Positions 28,308 to 38,568 are shown, numbered from the stretch's first letter. The stretch: 50,887 nucleotides of DNA from Rhodospirillales bacterium (GCA_008081395.1 VMCJ01000062.1:1-50887); one strand, 5' to 3'. Made by a program: numbers and translations. The notes: a model not told the origin generated them from the sequence alone.

Positions 28308-29041
28308 CCCGCTTTCTTGTAGTCAATAACTGCCATTGCCGCGAGCAGCCAAGCGGCTATGAGTGCAATGAAATAAACAAGATCCTTGAAAGCGATAACG
28401 CCTTTCACGATTTGATTGAAATGAGGCAAGATCGATATGTCCGCAATTGTATCAAGCACTGCCTTTCCTACGAATTCCGAGATCAAATCAGTAAGAAAAC
28501 CTGCTCCACCAGCAGTGAAAATAAATGCGACCGTAACGGTGAGCACAAAAGCAATCACTTGGTTCTTAGTTGCCGCGGAGAGGCAAGAGCCAATTGCCAA
28601 GTACCCCCCCGCCATAAGGAAAGAAGCTAAATAACTGGCTAAAATTACACCATTATCCGGCTGACCGAGAATGTTGACAGTCATCCACATGGGGAAGGTT
28701 AGAGAAAGAGCAAGCCCCAGGAACAGCCATGCTGCTAGAAACTTTCCTAGAACTGCCGCCCAAAGCGGGATCGGCAGCGTCAAAAACAACTCTATAGTTC
28801 CTTGACGCCTCTCCTCTGCCCATAGACGCATTGAAAGTGCTGGGGCGAAGAAAAGATAAAGCCATGGATGGAAATTAAAAAACACTTGGAGATCTGCATT
28901 ACCACGCTCCAAGAAATAACCAACGAAGAAGGTAAAAGCGGCGCTTACTGCAAGAAAAATAACTAGAAAAATAGCCGCTATCGGAGTTGCAAAATATCCT
29001 GCAAATTCTCGCTTTGCTACAGTGTAAAGAGCACCCATCAA
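28304..29041 (-). CDS. GldF-like ABC-2 transporter permease
   Basis: KREFAGYFATP, SMRLWAEERRQGTIELFLTLP, LGKF, TKNQVIAF. Confidence 0.88.
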   Translation of the reverse strand: MMGALYTVAKREFAGYFATPIAAIFLVIFLAVSAAFTFFVGYFLERGNADLQVFFNFHPWLYLFFAPALSMRLWAEERRQGTIELFLTLPIPLWAAVLGKFLAAWLFLGLALSLTFPMWMTVNILGQPDNGVILASYLASFLMAGGYLAIGSCLSAATKNQVIAFVLTVTVAFIFTAGGAGFLTDLISEFVGKAVLDTIADISILPHFNQIVKGVIAFKDLVYFIALIAAWLLAAMAVIDYKKAG

Positions 29042-30000
29042 GCTGCCTCCCGCTTGTCAGAGCTTACTGTGAGCTGTCGGAAAAGATCTTCCAGCGCAGT
29101 TGCTTCAGGGCGAATCGAAACTATGTCCAATTTCTCTTCGGAGAGACAATTTGTGACTATACTTAAAATTAATTTCCCACGAACAGGCACCACGATCAAC
29201 TTAATCAAACCATCTGCCAGAGTTTGAGAGCGAACCTCTTGCACTTGGTCTTGAGCCTCTAAAATTGAAAGCGCTTGCGAAACTTTTTCATTCGGCAAAA
29301 CAACGGAAAGAGCATTGAAAAGAGGAGAACGCTCTGCCAACTGGCCGGGAGCGCCGTCGGCGATGACTTTTCCATCGGCTATGATGACGGCACGCGAGCA
29401 TATAGCGTCAACCTCTTCTAAAATGTGCGTAGAGATAATGATTGCTTTGTTCGGAGCTATTTCTCGGATTAATTCACGAACCTCGTGCTTCTGATTGGGA
29501 TCCAAACCATCCGTTGGCTCATCTAAGATCAATACTTCTGGATCATGAAGAAGTGCTTGAGCAAGGCCAACTCGACGCTTGAAACCTTTTGACAAGGTAT
29601 CAATCGGCTGCATCACAACAGATTGAAGATTTGTTCGCTCAATAGATTCAATGATCCTTTTTTGGCGGAGATCTGAGGGCAGATTACGCACCTCAGCACA
29701 GAAATGGAGCAAACTCCATGGCGTCATATCGGGATAGAGCGGCGCCCCTTCAGGAAGGTAACCAAGCACTTTACGCGCAGACATAGCCGCTGTTGCCACA
29801 TCGTATCCGGCTATAGAAGCGCGACCAGCGGATGGTCTCAAAAAACCTGTCAGCATCTTCATCGTTGTTGATTTACCAGCACCGTTAGGTCCCAGGAAAC
29901 CTAGGACTTCACCGCGCTTTACCGTTAGCGAAACATTATCAACAGCTCGCTTCTGACCAAAATCTTTAACAAGATGATCGGCCACTATCATGTCCGTCAT
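29038..30000 (-). CDS. GldA-like ABC transporter ATP-binding protein
   Basis: [43 protein letters not shown]. Confidence 0.92.
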   Translation of the reverse strand: MTDMIVADHLVKDFGQKRAVDNVSLTVKRGEVLGFLGPNGAGKSTTMKMLTGFLRPSAGRASIAGYDVATAAMSARKVLGYLPEGAPLYPDMTPWSLLHFCAEVRNLPSDLRQKRIIESIERTNLQSVVMQPIDTLSKGFKRRVGLAQALLHDPEVLILDEPTDGLDPNQKHEVRELIREIAPNKAIIISTHILEEVDAICSRAVIIADGKVIADGAPGQLAERSPLFNALSVVLPNEKVSQALSILEAQDQVQEVRSQTLADGLIKLIVVPVRGKLILSIVTNCLSEEKLDIVSIRPEATALEDLFRQLTVSSDKREAA

Positions 30001-30044
30001 GACATTCGCCTCCCTAGGCGTCTTAACTTTTTCATGAACCTGCG

Positions 30045-30073
30045 CACCTAAGATTTGTCCTGTGTAAGGTCAA
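30045..30073 (-). promoter_or_regulatory. Putative sigma70 promoter of the GldAFG-like operon
   Basis: Minus strand TTGACC-N17-TAGGTG about 45 nt upstream of ATG 30000. Confidence 0.4.
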
Positions 30074-30363
30074 ACGCTTGAGAAAAGGCGCAGCAAATCT
30101 CATTGCAATATGGTTCTAAAACCAGCTTTTACTAGGGTAGCTGGCGCCTGTCCAATTGGGCTGAGAATTAAATTTTGTTAACAAAGGCACATCGGCAGAG
30201 CCCAGATCTAATTCTATGCTGTACTTCACTTGGAAACCCTGGATTGCCCAGTCAATTAACCAAGAAATTGCAGCAATGTTCATAAACTGTCGTTTTTAAA
30301 AGGAGTTTGCTCAAGCTTTTCGCTAAAGTGCAAAAAGCATGTTTATTCAACATCTAAGAATGG

Positions 30364-30393
30364 AAAAAGCCCAGAAGCAGAGCTTCTGGGCTT
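30364..30393 (-). terminator. Rho-independent terminator of yccA
   Basis: Perfect 12-bp stem AAGCCCAGAAGC/GCTTCTGGGCTT with a 3-nt loop, running into a T tract on the minus strand, 22 nt after the yccA stop. Confidence 0.85.
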
Positions 30394-30415
30394 CCTAACC
30401 GGCTATGTTGTTTCG

Positions 30416-31132
30416 TTATTCCCGGTTGCCTAACAAAGCAAGCAAGAACTGGAACATATTTACGAAATCAAGGTAAAGAGCCACAGCACCCATTATGGCC
30501 ATTTTGCCGGCCGTTTCATAGCCATGACCTTCGTGATATTGCTCTTTAATGCGTTGAGTGTCCCAAGCCGTCAAACCTGTGAAGATAAGAACTCCCAAAA
30601 TAGAGATAGCAAATTGCATAGCGGAGCTTTGAGTAAAGATATTCACGATCATGGCAATCAAAAGACCAATGAGGCCCATGAACAAAAATGAACCCATTTT
30701 CGCAAGATCACGCTTAGTCGTGTAACCATACAAACTGGTGGCGGCAAACATTCCTGCCGTGATGAAGAAAACTTTAGCTATCGATCCACCCGTATAAACT
30801 AGGAAGATTGAGGCCATAGATACGCCCATTGCCGCTGCAAATGCCCAAAAAACCATTTGAAGCGTTGAAAAGGACATTTTTTGAACACCAAAACTTAGCA
30901 CCAAAATAAATGCTAAAGGCGCCAACATTGCTATCCATTTCAGTGGAGTAAAGAAGATTAACTCAACGGCTGCTTGGCTATTAGCGATACCAAAGGCCAC
31001 AAGGCCCGTTAAAATTAAGCCTGCGCACATGTAATTGTAGACACGCAGCATGTGGGCGCGAAGACCAGCATCATAGGCATCAGTGGCTACTGAACTGCCA
31101 GCTCGCATGTAGTCACGGTCTTGAAGAGCCAT
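30416..31132 (-). CDS. yccA: Bax inhibitor-1/YccA family membrane protein
   Basis: DAGLRAHMLRVYNYM, YGYTTKRDL, TAWDTQRIK, ALYLDFVNMF; seven hydrophobic segments. Start set at ATG 31132. Confidence 0.9.
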   Translation of the reverse strand: MALQDRDYMRAGSSVATDAYDAGLRAHMLRVYNYMCAGLILTGLVAFGIANSQAAVELIFFTPLKWIAMLAPLAFILVLSFGVQKMSFSTLQMVFWAFAAAMGVSMASIFLVYTGGSIAKVFFITAGMFAATSLYGYTTKRDLAKMGSFLFMGLIGLLIAMIVNIFTQSSAMQFAISILGVLIFTGLTAWDTQRIKEQYHEGHGYETAGKMAIMGAVALYLDFVNMFQFLLALLGNRE

Positions 31133-31212
31133 AATTATTTCCCTGTTCAAGTTGTTTTTTAGGTGGGGATTTTTGCCGCTGTATCCGACCTAGTTTTTTT
31201 TGCCCCTCTCTA

Positions 31213-31241
31213 ATATCGGGATATCAGAGGCCAAGATCAAG
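31213..31241 (-). promoter_or_regulatory. RpoH (sigma32)-type promoter of yccA
   Basis: Minus strand CTTGAT-N16-CCGATAT, close to the alphaproteobacterial RpoH consensus CTTGAA-N16-CCTATAT. Confidence 0.55.
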
Positions 31242-31380
31242 GATTTGTTGAATAAATTACACGCAGGCCTTGTGTTTTATCAAATATTTGAGCGTATTTT
31301 TTTAGTAGCAAAAAGGAATTAATTACGTATCCAGCTACAAAGATATTACTGCCGGCGCTTTAAGCCACCAAATCTGAAAC

Positions 31381-32868
31381 CTATCGTTTATTGGATTTAA
31401 AAAATAAAACAATTGGAGCGGCAATCGCAGGCGCAATTGTCATAAGATGAAAAGCATTTATATAGCCTGCCATTACAGCTTGCCTCCGAACCTCCTCTTG
31501 GGCCACCACAGCAAAGCTTCTGCTGCTAACGTCCCCAAATCGCTGCACCCAAGGTTCAAGAAGCTCCGCATTAAAAACCGAGACATAACCGATCAGGTTT
31601 GAATAAGCCTCTGCAGCAGAATTCAAAAATACGACAAATGTAATAGCAATAAAGAGGCTGCTACCCATCATTCGAAGCAGACTAAAAATAGCATTGCCTT
31701 GGGTTAATAAGCGCGTTTCCAAGGTTGAGAAAGCCAGGGCAGCCATTGGCGTGTAAGCTAAACCAAAGCCAAATCCATGAAGGAGATTAGTCCACATAAC
31801 CTCATTTTCTGTCATATTCATATCAAGCTGACCCATCCATGCACCTGCTGCTGCTTGGATAAGTAAACCTGCTGCCAACGTAGCTTTGGCATTAATGCGT
31901 GTAAGTTGGGCCACAACAAAAAAGCTAATAAAGTTTCCAACCCCGCGCATCGCTATCAGAACCCCGATAATGGATTCCGGGTACCCTCGCAGGTCCTGCA
32001 ACAATGGAGGGAATAACGCCATTGGCGTGAATTGCATCATCCCCATAACGAGGGCGAAAAATATTCCGAGCACAAAATTACGATCTTTAAAAACTGCGCC
32101 CTCAAACAAAGGTGTTGGTGAGAGGCGAGAATGAATAACGAAAAAATAAATACACGCCGCGGCTACGCAGGACTGAATAACTATCTCAGTGGAGTCGAAC
32201 CAGTCTTCTCTCTGCCCTCTGTCAAACACCAGCTGCAGACATCCAACTGCTATAGCAATCAGCCAAAAACCAATAAAATCAAATCGCCGCGCAGCTCCTT
32301 TCTCCTCATTGCCAAGTGAAAGTATTACAGGCAAACACGCGAGGGCGCCGAGCGGTAGGATCATATAGAACGACCACCGCCACCCTAATAAGTCAGCAAC
32401 CACTCCTCCAAAGGTTGGCCCTAATATCGGCCCCATCACTCCTCCAACACCCCACATCATCAATGCCATGGGATGCTGTGCACGCTCAAAGCGAGCAAGG
32501 ATAATTGACTGACCAAGTGGGAATATGGGGGCGCCAAGAGCGCCTTGAATGACCCGAAAAACAAGAAGTGTTTCAAGACTTTCAGCCAAGCCACAAGCGA
32601 CTGAAGCAAGCGTGAAACCTATCACCGAACCTAGCATAAGGCGCCGCCAACCTAGCTTACCTGCGAGCCAGCCGGTAAGGGGGGTTGCTGCAGCAGTTGC
32701 CACAAGATTGAGCGTTAGCACCCAAGCAATTTGATCTTGAGTTGCAGAGAGGGCACCTTTCATTTGAGGCAGAATCACTGTGACACTAGTCACCGTAGCG
32801 CCAAACAGGACAGTGCATGCTTGGACTGTTGCCAGCGTTAGCCACTGCTTGCCCGTGAAGCCCATCAT
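31381..32868 (-). CDS. DHA2 family (EmrB/QacA-like) MFS efflux permease
   Basis: About 14 hydrophobic segments; WVLT, GWLAGKLGWRR, FRVIQG, GPILGPTFGG, DRGQREDWF. Confidence 0.88.
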   Translation of the reverse strand: MMGFTGKQWLTLATVQACTVLFGATVTSVTVILPQMKGALSATQDQIAWVLTLNLVATAAATPLTGWLAGKLGWRRLMLGSVIGFTLASVACGLAESLETLLVFRVIQGALGAPIFPLGQSIILARFERAQHPMALMMWGVGGVMGPILGPTFGGVVADLLGWRWSFYMILPLGALACLPVILSLGNEEKGAARRFDFIGFWLIAIAVGCLQLVFDRGQREDWFDSTEIVIQSCVAAACIYFFVIHSRLSPTPLFEGAVFKDRNFVLGIFFALVMGMMQFTPMALFPPLLQDLRGYPESIIGVLIAMRGVGNFISFFVVAQLTRINAKATLAAGLLIQAAAGAWMGQLDMNMTENEVMWTNLLHGFGFGLAYTPMAALAFSTLETRLLTQGNAIFSLLRMMGSSLFIAITFVVFLNSAAEAYSNLIGYVSVFNAELLEPWVQRFGDVSSRSFAVVAQEEVRRQAVMAGYINAFHLMTIAPAIAAPIVLFFKSNKR

Positions 32869-33189
32869 GCCAGTTTGGTAGCTCCTAATTTTAAGATGTC
32901 ATAAGCCAAAACGTGTGTTGCAAATCTACGCGGCTTGATTTTCTAAATCAGCTTAAAAGCGACTAGAGTTAAAATGCACTCTTTTCATGTAAGGCAATAA
33001 CTAAAAAATTTTCTCAAACCTTTTTTATTTACAGCTTCTTTTTCAAACCCGCCGGCTTCTGCTTGTTGGAGTCATTCAACATAGCCGATAGCACTTGTGC
33101 TTTTACTAGCGGATAATTGGTCGGATTGCCTCCATAACAATCACAGTGCAGGCTTCCTATAGCGAATATAAATTTAAAGCGAGAAGACT

Positions 33190-34023
33190 ATGGGAGAACT
33201 TGACGGCAGAGTTGCAGTAATCACTGGTGGCGCCAGCGGAATAGGTGAAGCAACAGTAAAACTTTTCGTGGAAGAGGGTGCCCGCGTTATAATAGCTGAT
33301 ATGCAGCGTGAACGGGGAGAAGCGCTTGCTTCGTCTCTAGGCGACCAAGCAGTTTTTACACACTGCGAAGTAAGGCAAGAAAATCACATTAAAACGGCCG
33401 TTGGTCTTGCAGTCGAACGATGGGGAAGACTCGATTGTATGTTCAATAATGCAGGCTTCGGAGGCGCTTTAGGCCCACTTGAAGATATACCCGTTGAAGA
33501 ATTCGATATGACTTTTGATGTTCTGGTGAAGGGTGTTTTTCTAGGCATCAAACACGCTACTCCCATCATGCGCAGCCAAGGCTCTGGCTCTATAATTAAC
33601 ACTGGGTCAATTGCAGGGGTGACAGTCGGGCGAGGGCCATTGGTATATTCTGCCGCTAAAGCAGCGGTTATTCACATGACTAAAACTGCGGCCATGCCGC
33701 TTGGTGAAAATTCAATACGCTGCAACTGCATTTGCCCAGGTGCAATTGCTACCCCGTTGTCCGCAAATACTGTTGGAAGACCCGACAGTCTTATAGACGA
33801 CAAAATTGATGATTACCGTCATCAGCAACCAATCCCCCGGCCTGGTGTTCCTAAAGACATTGCTGATCTTGCCTTGTTCTTAGCGAGTGACCGCTCAACC
33901 TTTATCACGGGGCAAGCAATCGTTGTGGACGGTGCAGGGGCTAGCGGTGTTTTCTGGGCAGATCAAAAACTGGCCTACAAAACCCACCGACCACTCAGAG
34001 TATATAACCCAGACTTAGATTGA
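33190..34023 (+). CDS. SDR family oxidoreductase
   Basis: TGGASGIG, FNNAG, YSAAK, RCNCICPG. Confidence 0.9.
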   Translation: MGELDGRVAVITGGASGIGEATVKLFVEEGARVIIADMQRERGEALASSLGDQAVFTHCEVRQENHIKTAVGLAVERWGRLDCMFNNAGFGGALGPLEDIPVEEFDMTFDVLVKGVFLGIKHATPIMRSQGSGSIINTGSIAGVTVGRGPLVYSAAKAAVIHMTKTAAMPLGENSIRCNCICPGAIATPLSANTVGRPDSLIDDKIDDYRHQQPIPRPGVPKDIADLALFLASDRSTFITGQAIVVDGAGASGVFWADQKLAYKTHRPLRVYNPDLD

Positions 34024-34995
34024 AGGTGTGAGAGCTTCTGGATTTATAACGTTTATCGGTTTTCCAGCTTCAAACGCGTTCACTTGATCAAAAATATCAC
34101 TGAATTGAAGCTCAAACTCATCTTCGGTTACATATCCTATATGAGGCGTACATACGACATTAGGATGATTTGCTAATGGGTCATTCTCGTCATGAAGGGG
34201 CTCATTCTCAAATACGTCTATAGCGGCAGAGCCAGGACGCCCTGCGTTGAGTGCTGCTAATAATTGATTAGGCTCCACCAGCTCAGCTCTAGACGTATTC
34301 ACAAATAAGCTGTCTGGCCTCATCCAAGCCAGATCTTGTGCTGTGATTAGCCCTTGTGTGGCTGAATTTAACCGCACATGGATGCTAATTATGTCTGGCT
34401 CAGAAAAGAATGCTTTTCGGCTTTCCGCAACCCTCACTCCATCTGCTTTGGCTCGCAATCGGCCTGCTTCAGATCCCCACCAAATCACCTGAAGTCCAAA
34501 AGCTTTTGCATATTCAGCAACTAACTTTGCAATGCGGCCATATCCGAAAAGACCGAGGGTTCGCCCTCTAACCGACTTCCCAACACCCATTTGCCATTTG
34601 CCCGCTTTTAGAGAAGCCTGCTGCTCTGGAATTTGTCGCATTGCTGCCAAAATAAGAGCCCATGTCAGCTCGGCCGTGGCAAAGGATGGAGTATCGGCAT
34701 GCTGACTTGAACAGAGAAGCACGCCTCTTTCAGTCAGTGCATTTAGGTCAATATGTGGCCAGACACTGCGCTGACTCACGAGTTTTAGGTTAGGTAATCG
34801 ATCGATTAATGCCTTTCGAATTGCCGTCCTCTCACGAAATAAACATAAAGCCTCTGCATCTGCTAGCCGTTTAGCAAGAGTATCAACGTCATCTGTGTGA
34901 TCATTCCAAATTGTTGTCTGATGGCCCTCCATCTTCTTGTAACAATCCAGCTGACGAAGGGTATCAAACCAGTCATCTAAAATGTGGACACGCAA
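34015..34995 (-). CDS. D-2-hydroxyacid dehydrogenase family protein
   Basis: GYGRIA, VNTSRAELV, DVFENEP, TPHIGY. TTG start at 34995 just after the upstream stop. Confidence 0.9.
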   Translation of the reverse strand: MRVHILDDWFDTLRQLDCYKKMEGHQTTIWNDHTDDVDTLAKRLADAEALCLFRERTAIRKALIDRLPNLKLVSQRSVWPHIDLNALTERGVLLCSSQHADTPSFATAELTWALILAAMRQIPEQQASLKAGKWQMGVGKSVRGRTLGLFGYGRIAKLVAEYAKAFGLQVIWWGSEAGRLRAKADGVRVAESRKAFFSEPDIISIHVRLNSATQGLITAQDLAWMRPDSLFVNTSRAELVEPNQLLAALNAGRPGSAAIDVFENEPLHDENDPLANHPNVVCTPHIGYVTEDEFELQFSDIFDQVNAFEAGKPINVINPEALTPSI

Positions 34996-34999
34996 TTCT

Positions 35000-35881
35000 T
35001 CAATTCCCAAGTGCTTTAATTGCGGCAGCTTTAGCAAGAATGCGCCGAGCCTGCACTGCGTGCAGATTTTCAATTAATTTCCCGTTAAGCGTCGCGACCC
35101 CTTGGCCTGTTGCTATTGCTGTCTCATAGGCTTCAACGACTTTTTCTGCGTTCTCTATTGCCTTTGGGTCAGGACCAAACCAAGCATTCGCCGGCGCAAC
35201 TTGTTTAGGATGAATTAATGTCTTCCCATCAAAACCCATATCAACAGCCTGCCGGCAATGGACCTCAAATTCTTCATCATCCGCTAGATTTAAATGAACG
35301 CCATCAAGGACGCTCCTACCGTGTGCGCGAGCCGCTAAAAGAACTAAACCAAAACTAGTGAAGAATGGAATTCGTTCCGGCGTATGGTTTGCTGTGAGGT
35401 CAACGGCCAGGTCAGAAGTACCCATTACTAAGACTGTAAGCTTTGAGTTTGCGGCTATTTCTTCGACACGAAGAACGCCTTTTGGCGTCTCTATCATAGC
35501 CCATAGCCATAAATTTTCTGGCGCGCCTGAATCTGCTAGAATTTGGGCCGCCTCTTCCAGCATTTTGGTGGACTCCACCTTTGGAATGACAACTGCATGA
35601 GCTCCTGATCGGGCTATAGCCTGGAGGTCTTCTTTACCCCATGGGGTGTCTAGTCCATTTGCCCTTATAGCAATCTCCCGCCTTCCATATTCACCCGAGA
35701 GCGCTGCTTGCACAGCCATTCCTCGTGCATCAGCCTTAGCGTCTGGAGCAACAGCATCCTCTAAGTCGAAAATAAGTGCATCAGCCGGCAAGCTTTTTGC
35801 TTTTTCGAGAGCTGAGGCGCGAGATGCAGGCATGTAGAGGACGCTGCGTCGCGGGCGTAAGACTTCCTCTTCTTGAGACAT
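35000..35881 (-). CDS. mcl2: CitE-family CoA ester lyase, (3S)-malyl-CoA thioesterase Mcl2-like
   Basis: RRSVLYMP...LEKA, DLEDAV, WAMIET, MGTSDL, MGFDGKTLIHP, GQGVA...GKLIENLH; pattern closely resembles Rhodobacter Mcl2. Confidence 0.75.
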   Translation of the reverse strand: MSQEEEVLRPRRSVLYMPASRASALEKAKSLPADALIFDLEDAVAPDAKADARGMAVQAALSGEYGRREIAIRANGLDTPWGKEDLQAIARSGAHAVVIPKVESTKMLEEAAQILADSGAPENLWLWAMIETPKGVLRVEEIAANSKLTVLVMGTSDLAVDLTANHTPERIPFFTSFGLVLLAARAHGRSVLDGVHLNLADDEEFEVHCRQAVDMGFDGKTLIHPKQVAPANAWFGPDPKAIENAEKVVEAYETAIATGQGVATLNGKLIENLHAVQARRILAKAAAIKALGN

Positions 35882-35964
35882 GTAAGAGCTCCTGCGCTAT
35901 AATTTTGATAAACTGTTGATAGCGCTAGGGCGGGAATGAAGAAAGGCGGTTGATGGAAATAGAT

Positions 35965-36810
35965 ATGTGTCAGCCTGTCTTAACTCTGCAATCCAGCGTC
36001 GCTTATGGCCATGTTGGAAATTCAACTGCAGCTTTTGCTTTGCAGAGACTGGGTCGTGAAGTGATCCGGATTGATACTGTGCGTTTTTCAAATCATCCAG
36101 CCCACGGCGGGTTTACTGGAGACAGTACAAGTTCAGCCGAAATCAACTCGCTGATCTCAGGCCTGTCTAGCGGTGGCTTCCTTTTAAATGTCTCTGCAGT
36201 CCTGTCTGGATATTTGGGTACATCTGCCAATGCCCAGTCAGTCAAAAAGGCCGTTGTAACAACCAGAGCAGCAAACCCTGCCGTGATATTTTGCCTTGAT
36301 CCAGTGATAGGGGATCACCCTAAAGGCCGTTTTGTCGCCGAAGATGTGCCTAATGCCATAGCTTTAGAGCTGCTACCAATTGCTGATATAGCCACACCAA
36401 ATGCTTTTGAGTTGGAAATTCTTTCTGGGTTAAAAGTTCAAACCACTGCTCAGGCAATCCAAGCGGCAAGGGTTCTTTTAAATCAACACGGCTTGAGAGT
36501 GGTAGTGACAACTGGGCTCCATGTCGGCAATTCTATAATAACGATTGCAGTCACCCGGACCCAAGCCTGGGAGGTTTGTACCCCACGAATAGATGCACCA
36601 GCATTCGGAGCAGGAGATTTATTCTGTGCAATCTTCTTGGCTCGGTATCTGGAAAAAGCTATGCCCGATAGAGCTCTGTCACTCGCAGCCTCAAGCGTAT
36701 TTGCTGTATTTGCAGAAACTGCTCGGTCCGGAAAACCAGAGCTAGCATTAATCAAAGCCCAGGATGCTCTTTTAAATCCACCAGAAATTTTTCCTGCGGA
36801 GATTAGATAG
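35965..36810 (+). CDS. pdxY: Pyridoxal kinase
   Basis: QSSVAYGHVGN, FSNHP, LSGYLG, DPVIGD, TPNAFE, GAGDLF. Start approximate (35950-35965). Confidence 0.9.
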   Translation: MCQPVLTLQSSVAYGHVGNSTAAFALQRLGREVIRIDTVRFSNHPAHGGFTGDSTSSAEINSLISGLSSGGFLLNVSAVLSGYLGTSANAQSVKKAVVTTRAANPAVIFCLDPVIGDHPKGRFVAEDVPNAIALELLPIADIATPNAFELEILSGLKVQTTAQAIQAARVLLNQHGLRVVVTTGLHVGNSIITIAVTRTQAWEVCTPRIDAPAFGAGDLFCAIFLARYLEKAMPDRALSLAASSVFAVFAETARSGKPELALIKAQDALLNPPEIFPAEIR

Positions 36811-36813
36811 TCT

Positions 36814-38568
36814 ATGGCAGGTGAGACTACGGATTTTGTTTGGCTACATGACGCAGTCGTTTACCTTGGAGCAGCTGTCGTAACAGCACCGATTTGTGCC
36901 CGCATCGGTGCAAGTCCAATTCTGGGTTATCTTCTAGCTGGTGTTGCCCTTGGACCTTTCGCATTCCGAGTAATTAAAGATGTAGAAGGAGCTGCCAACC
37001 TAGCAGAGCTCGGTGTTGTGTTGCTGATGTTCACCATTGGCTTAGAACTCTCTTTTCAGCGATTACGCGTAATGGCCAAACATATATTTGGCTTTGGCCT
37101 AGCCCAGGTCCTACTGACGAGTGCAGGAATTTGCGCAATTGCTAGAGCCATTGGCCTCTCTTGGGAGGCCTCGCTTTTGGTGGGTGGTGCGCTCTCTCTA
37201 TCGTCAACCGCTCTTGTACTGCGGCTTTTAGCTGAACGAGGCGAGCTTCAAACTAAGCATGGTAGACTGGTATTTTCAGCCCTGTTGTTCCAGGACTTGG
37301 CAGTCGCGCCAATGTTGGCAGCCGCACCATTGTTGGCCTTGAATAATACACCAAAATTGCTTGAGGTTGGGGACCTTTTACAAGCGTTTGCAACTGCCAT
37401 TGTTGCAGTTGGTGGCTTCATACTTATTGGGCGGTTTGCATTACGCCCCTTCCTTCGCGTCATCGCAGCTATGAATAATCGGGAGGTTTTTGCTGCAGCC
37501 AGCTTGCTAATTGTTCTAGCGACTTCGTGGATAGGAGCCATTACAGGCTTATCAATGGCTTTAGGTGCCTTTCTTGCAGGAATGCTGCTTGCTGGAAGTG
37601 GCTTTCGACATCAAGTCGAGATGGAAATTGTGCCCTTTCGTGGTCTTCTTCTTGGTTTGTTTTTCATGTCCATTGGAGCGCTAATTGATATTCAAGCTTT
37701 AGCCCATCTGTGGCGTGAAGCTCTTCTGGCTACTCTTGCATTAATCGTTTTTAAGAGTTTGGTAATCACAAGTTTGGCTCGCCTCATTGGCTTCTCATTG
37801 CCTACGGCCATTCATTGCGGTCTTCTGCTGGCTCAAGGTGGCGAGTTTGCTTTTGCTCTTGCATCCATTGCATTTGGCAGTGGCGTTTTAGATGGGGTTG
37901 AAGCCCAGATTTTTTTACTGGCAACTGCAATATCCCTGGGCTTAACTCCGGTACTCGCATGGCTTGGAGGCTTTCTAGACAAGAAATTGGAAGGACGCGG
38001 TCTGCCAGGGTTAACAGAATTTGAGTCCAGGCTTATGAAGCTTGGGGGAGAGATGGTTATCATAGGGTTTGGTCGCGCAGGACAGACCTTAGGAAGAGTA
38101 CTTGAGGCAGCTCAGGAAAATTTTGTTGCAATTGATAATTCACCATCACGAGTATTAGCCGCTAACGCTAATGGACAGTCTGTTTTTTTTGCCGATGTAA
38201 GAAGCGCTCGAGTACTGCGAACAATAGCGAAGGCTCGTCCACGATTGGTCATCATTGCGATTGGTGATGCTGACAGCGGGATCGAGTTAATTAATTGGCT
38301 GCGAAAGAAGGCACCTGACATAAAGGTATATGCGCGCGCAGCTGACCAAACTGCTCAGGAGAATCTTATTTCTGCAGGTGCTGAATTTGTTGTTCGTGAA
38401 GTTGCAGAGTCTAGCTTACACATGGGTGGTGAAATTTTGCGTGCTCTGGGACGAAGCAAAGATGATGTGGCATCCACTATCGATACTTTCCGTCAGGATG
38501 AATATCAGGCCTTAAGTTCATTTATTGATCCGAAAGGTGAGAGATACGGGAATAATTTGACACATTAG
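36814..38568 (+). CDS. CPA2 monovalent cation:proton antiporter (KefB/KefC-like) with TrkA-N domain
   Basis: ILGYLLAG, LAELGVVLLMFTIGLE, LSST, LLFQD, QGGEFAF, C-terminal GFGRAG. Confidence 0.9.
   Translation: MAGETTDFVWLHDAVVYLGAAVVTAPICARIGASPILGYLLAGVALGPFAFRVIKDVEGAANLAELGVVLLMFTIGLELSFQRLRVMAKHIFGFGLAQVLLTSAGICAIARAIGLSWEASLLVGGALSLSSTALVLRLLAERGELQTKHGRLVFSALLFQDLAVAPMLAAAPLLALNNTPKLLEVGDLLQAFATAIVAVGGFILIGRFALRPFLRVIAAMNNREVFAAASLLIVLATSWIGAITGLSMALGAFLAGMLLAGSGFRHQVEMEIVPFRGLLLGLFFMSIGALIDIQALAHLWREALLATLALIVFKSLVITSLARLIGFSLPTAIHCGLLLAQGGEFAFALASIAFGSGVLDGVEAQIFLLATAISLGLTPVLAWLGGFLDKKLEGRGLPGLTEFESRLMKLGGEMVIIGFGRAGQTLGRVLEAAQENFVAIDNSPSRVLAANANGQSVFFADVRSARVLRTIAKARPRLVIIAIGDADSGIELINWLRKKAPDIKVYARAADQTAQENLISAGAEFVVREVAESSLHMGGEILRALGRSKDDVASTIDTFRQDEYQALSSFIDPKGERYGNNLTH

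Noticed and set aside
30074-30363. Possible sRNA in the gap between the ABC operon promoter and the yccA terminator
   Set aside because: No recognisable family motif, stable structure or independent terminator.
32935-32951. TTGATTTTCTAAATCAG palindrome as an FNR/FixK box
   Set aside because: The spacer is 7 nt rather than the required TTGAT-N4-ATCAA.
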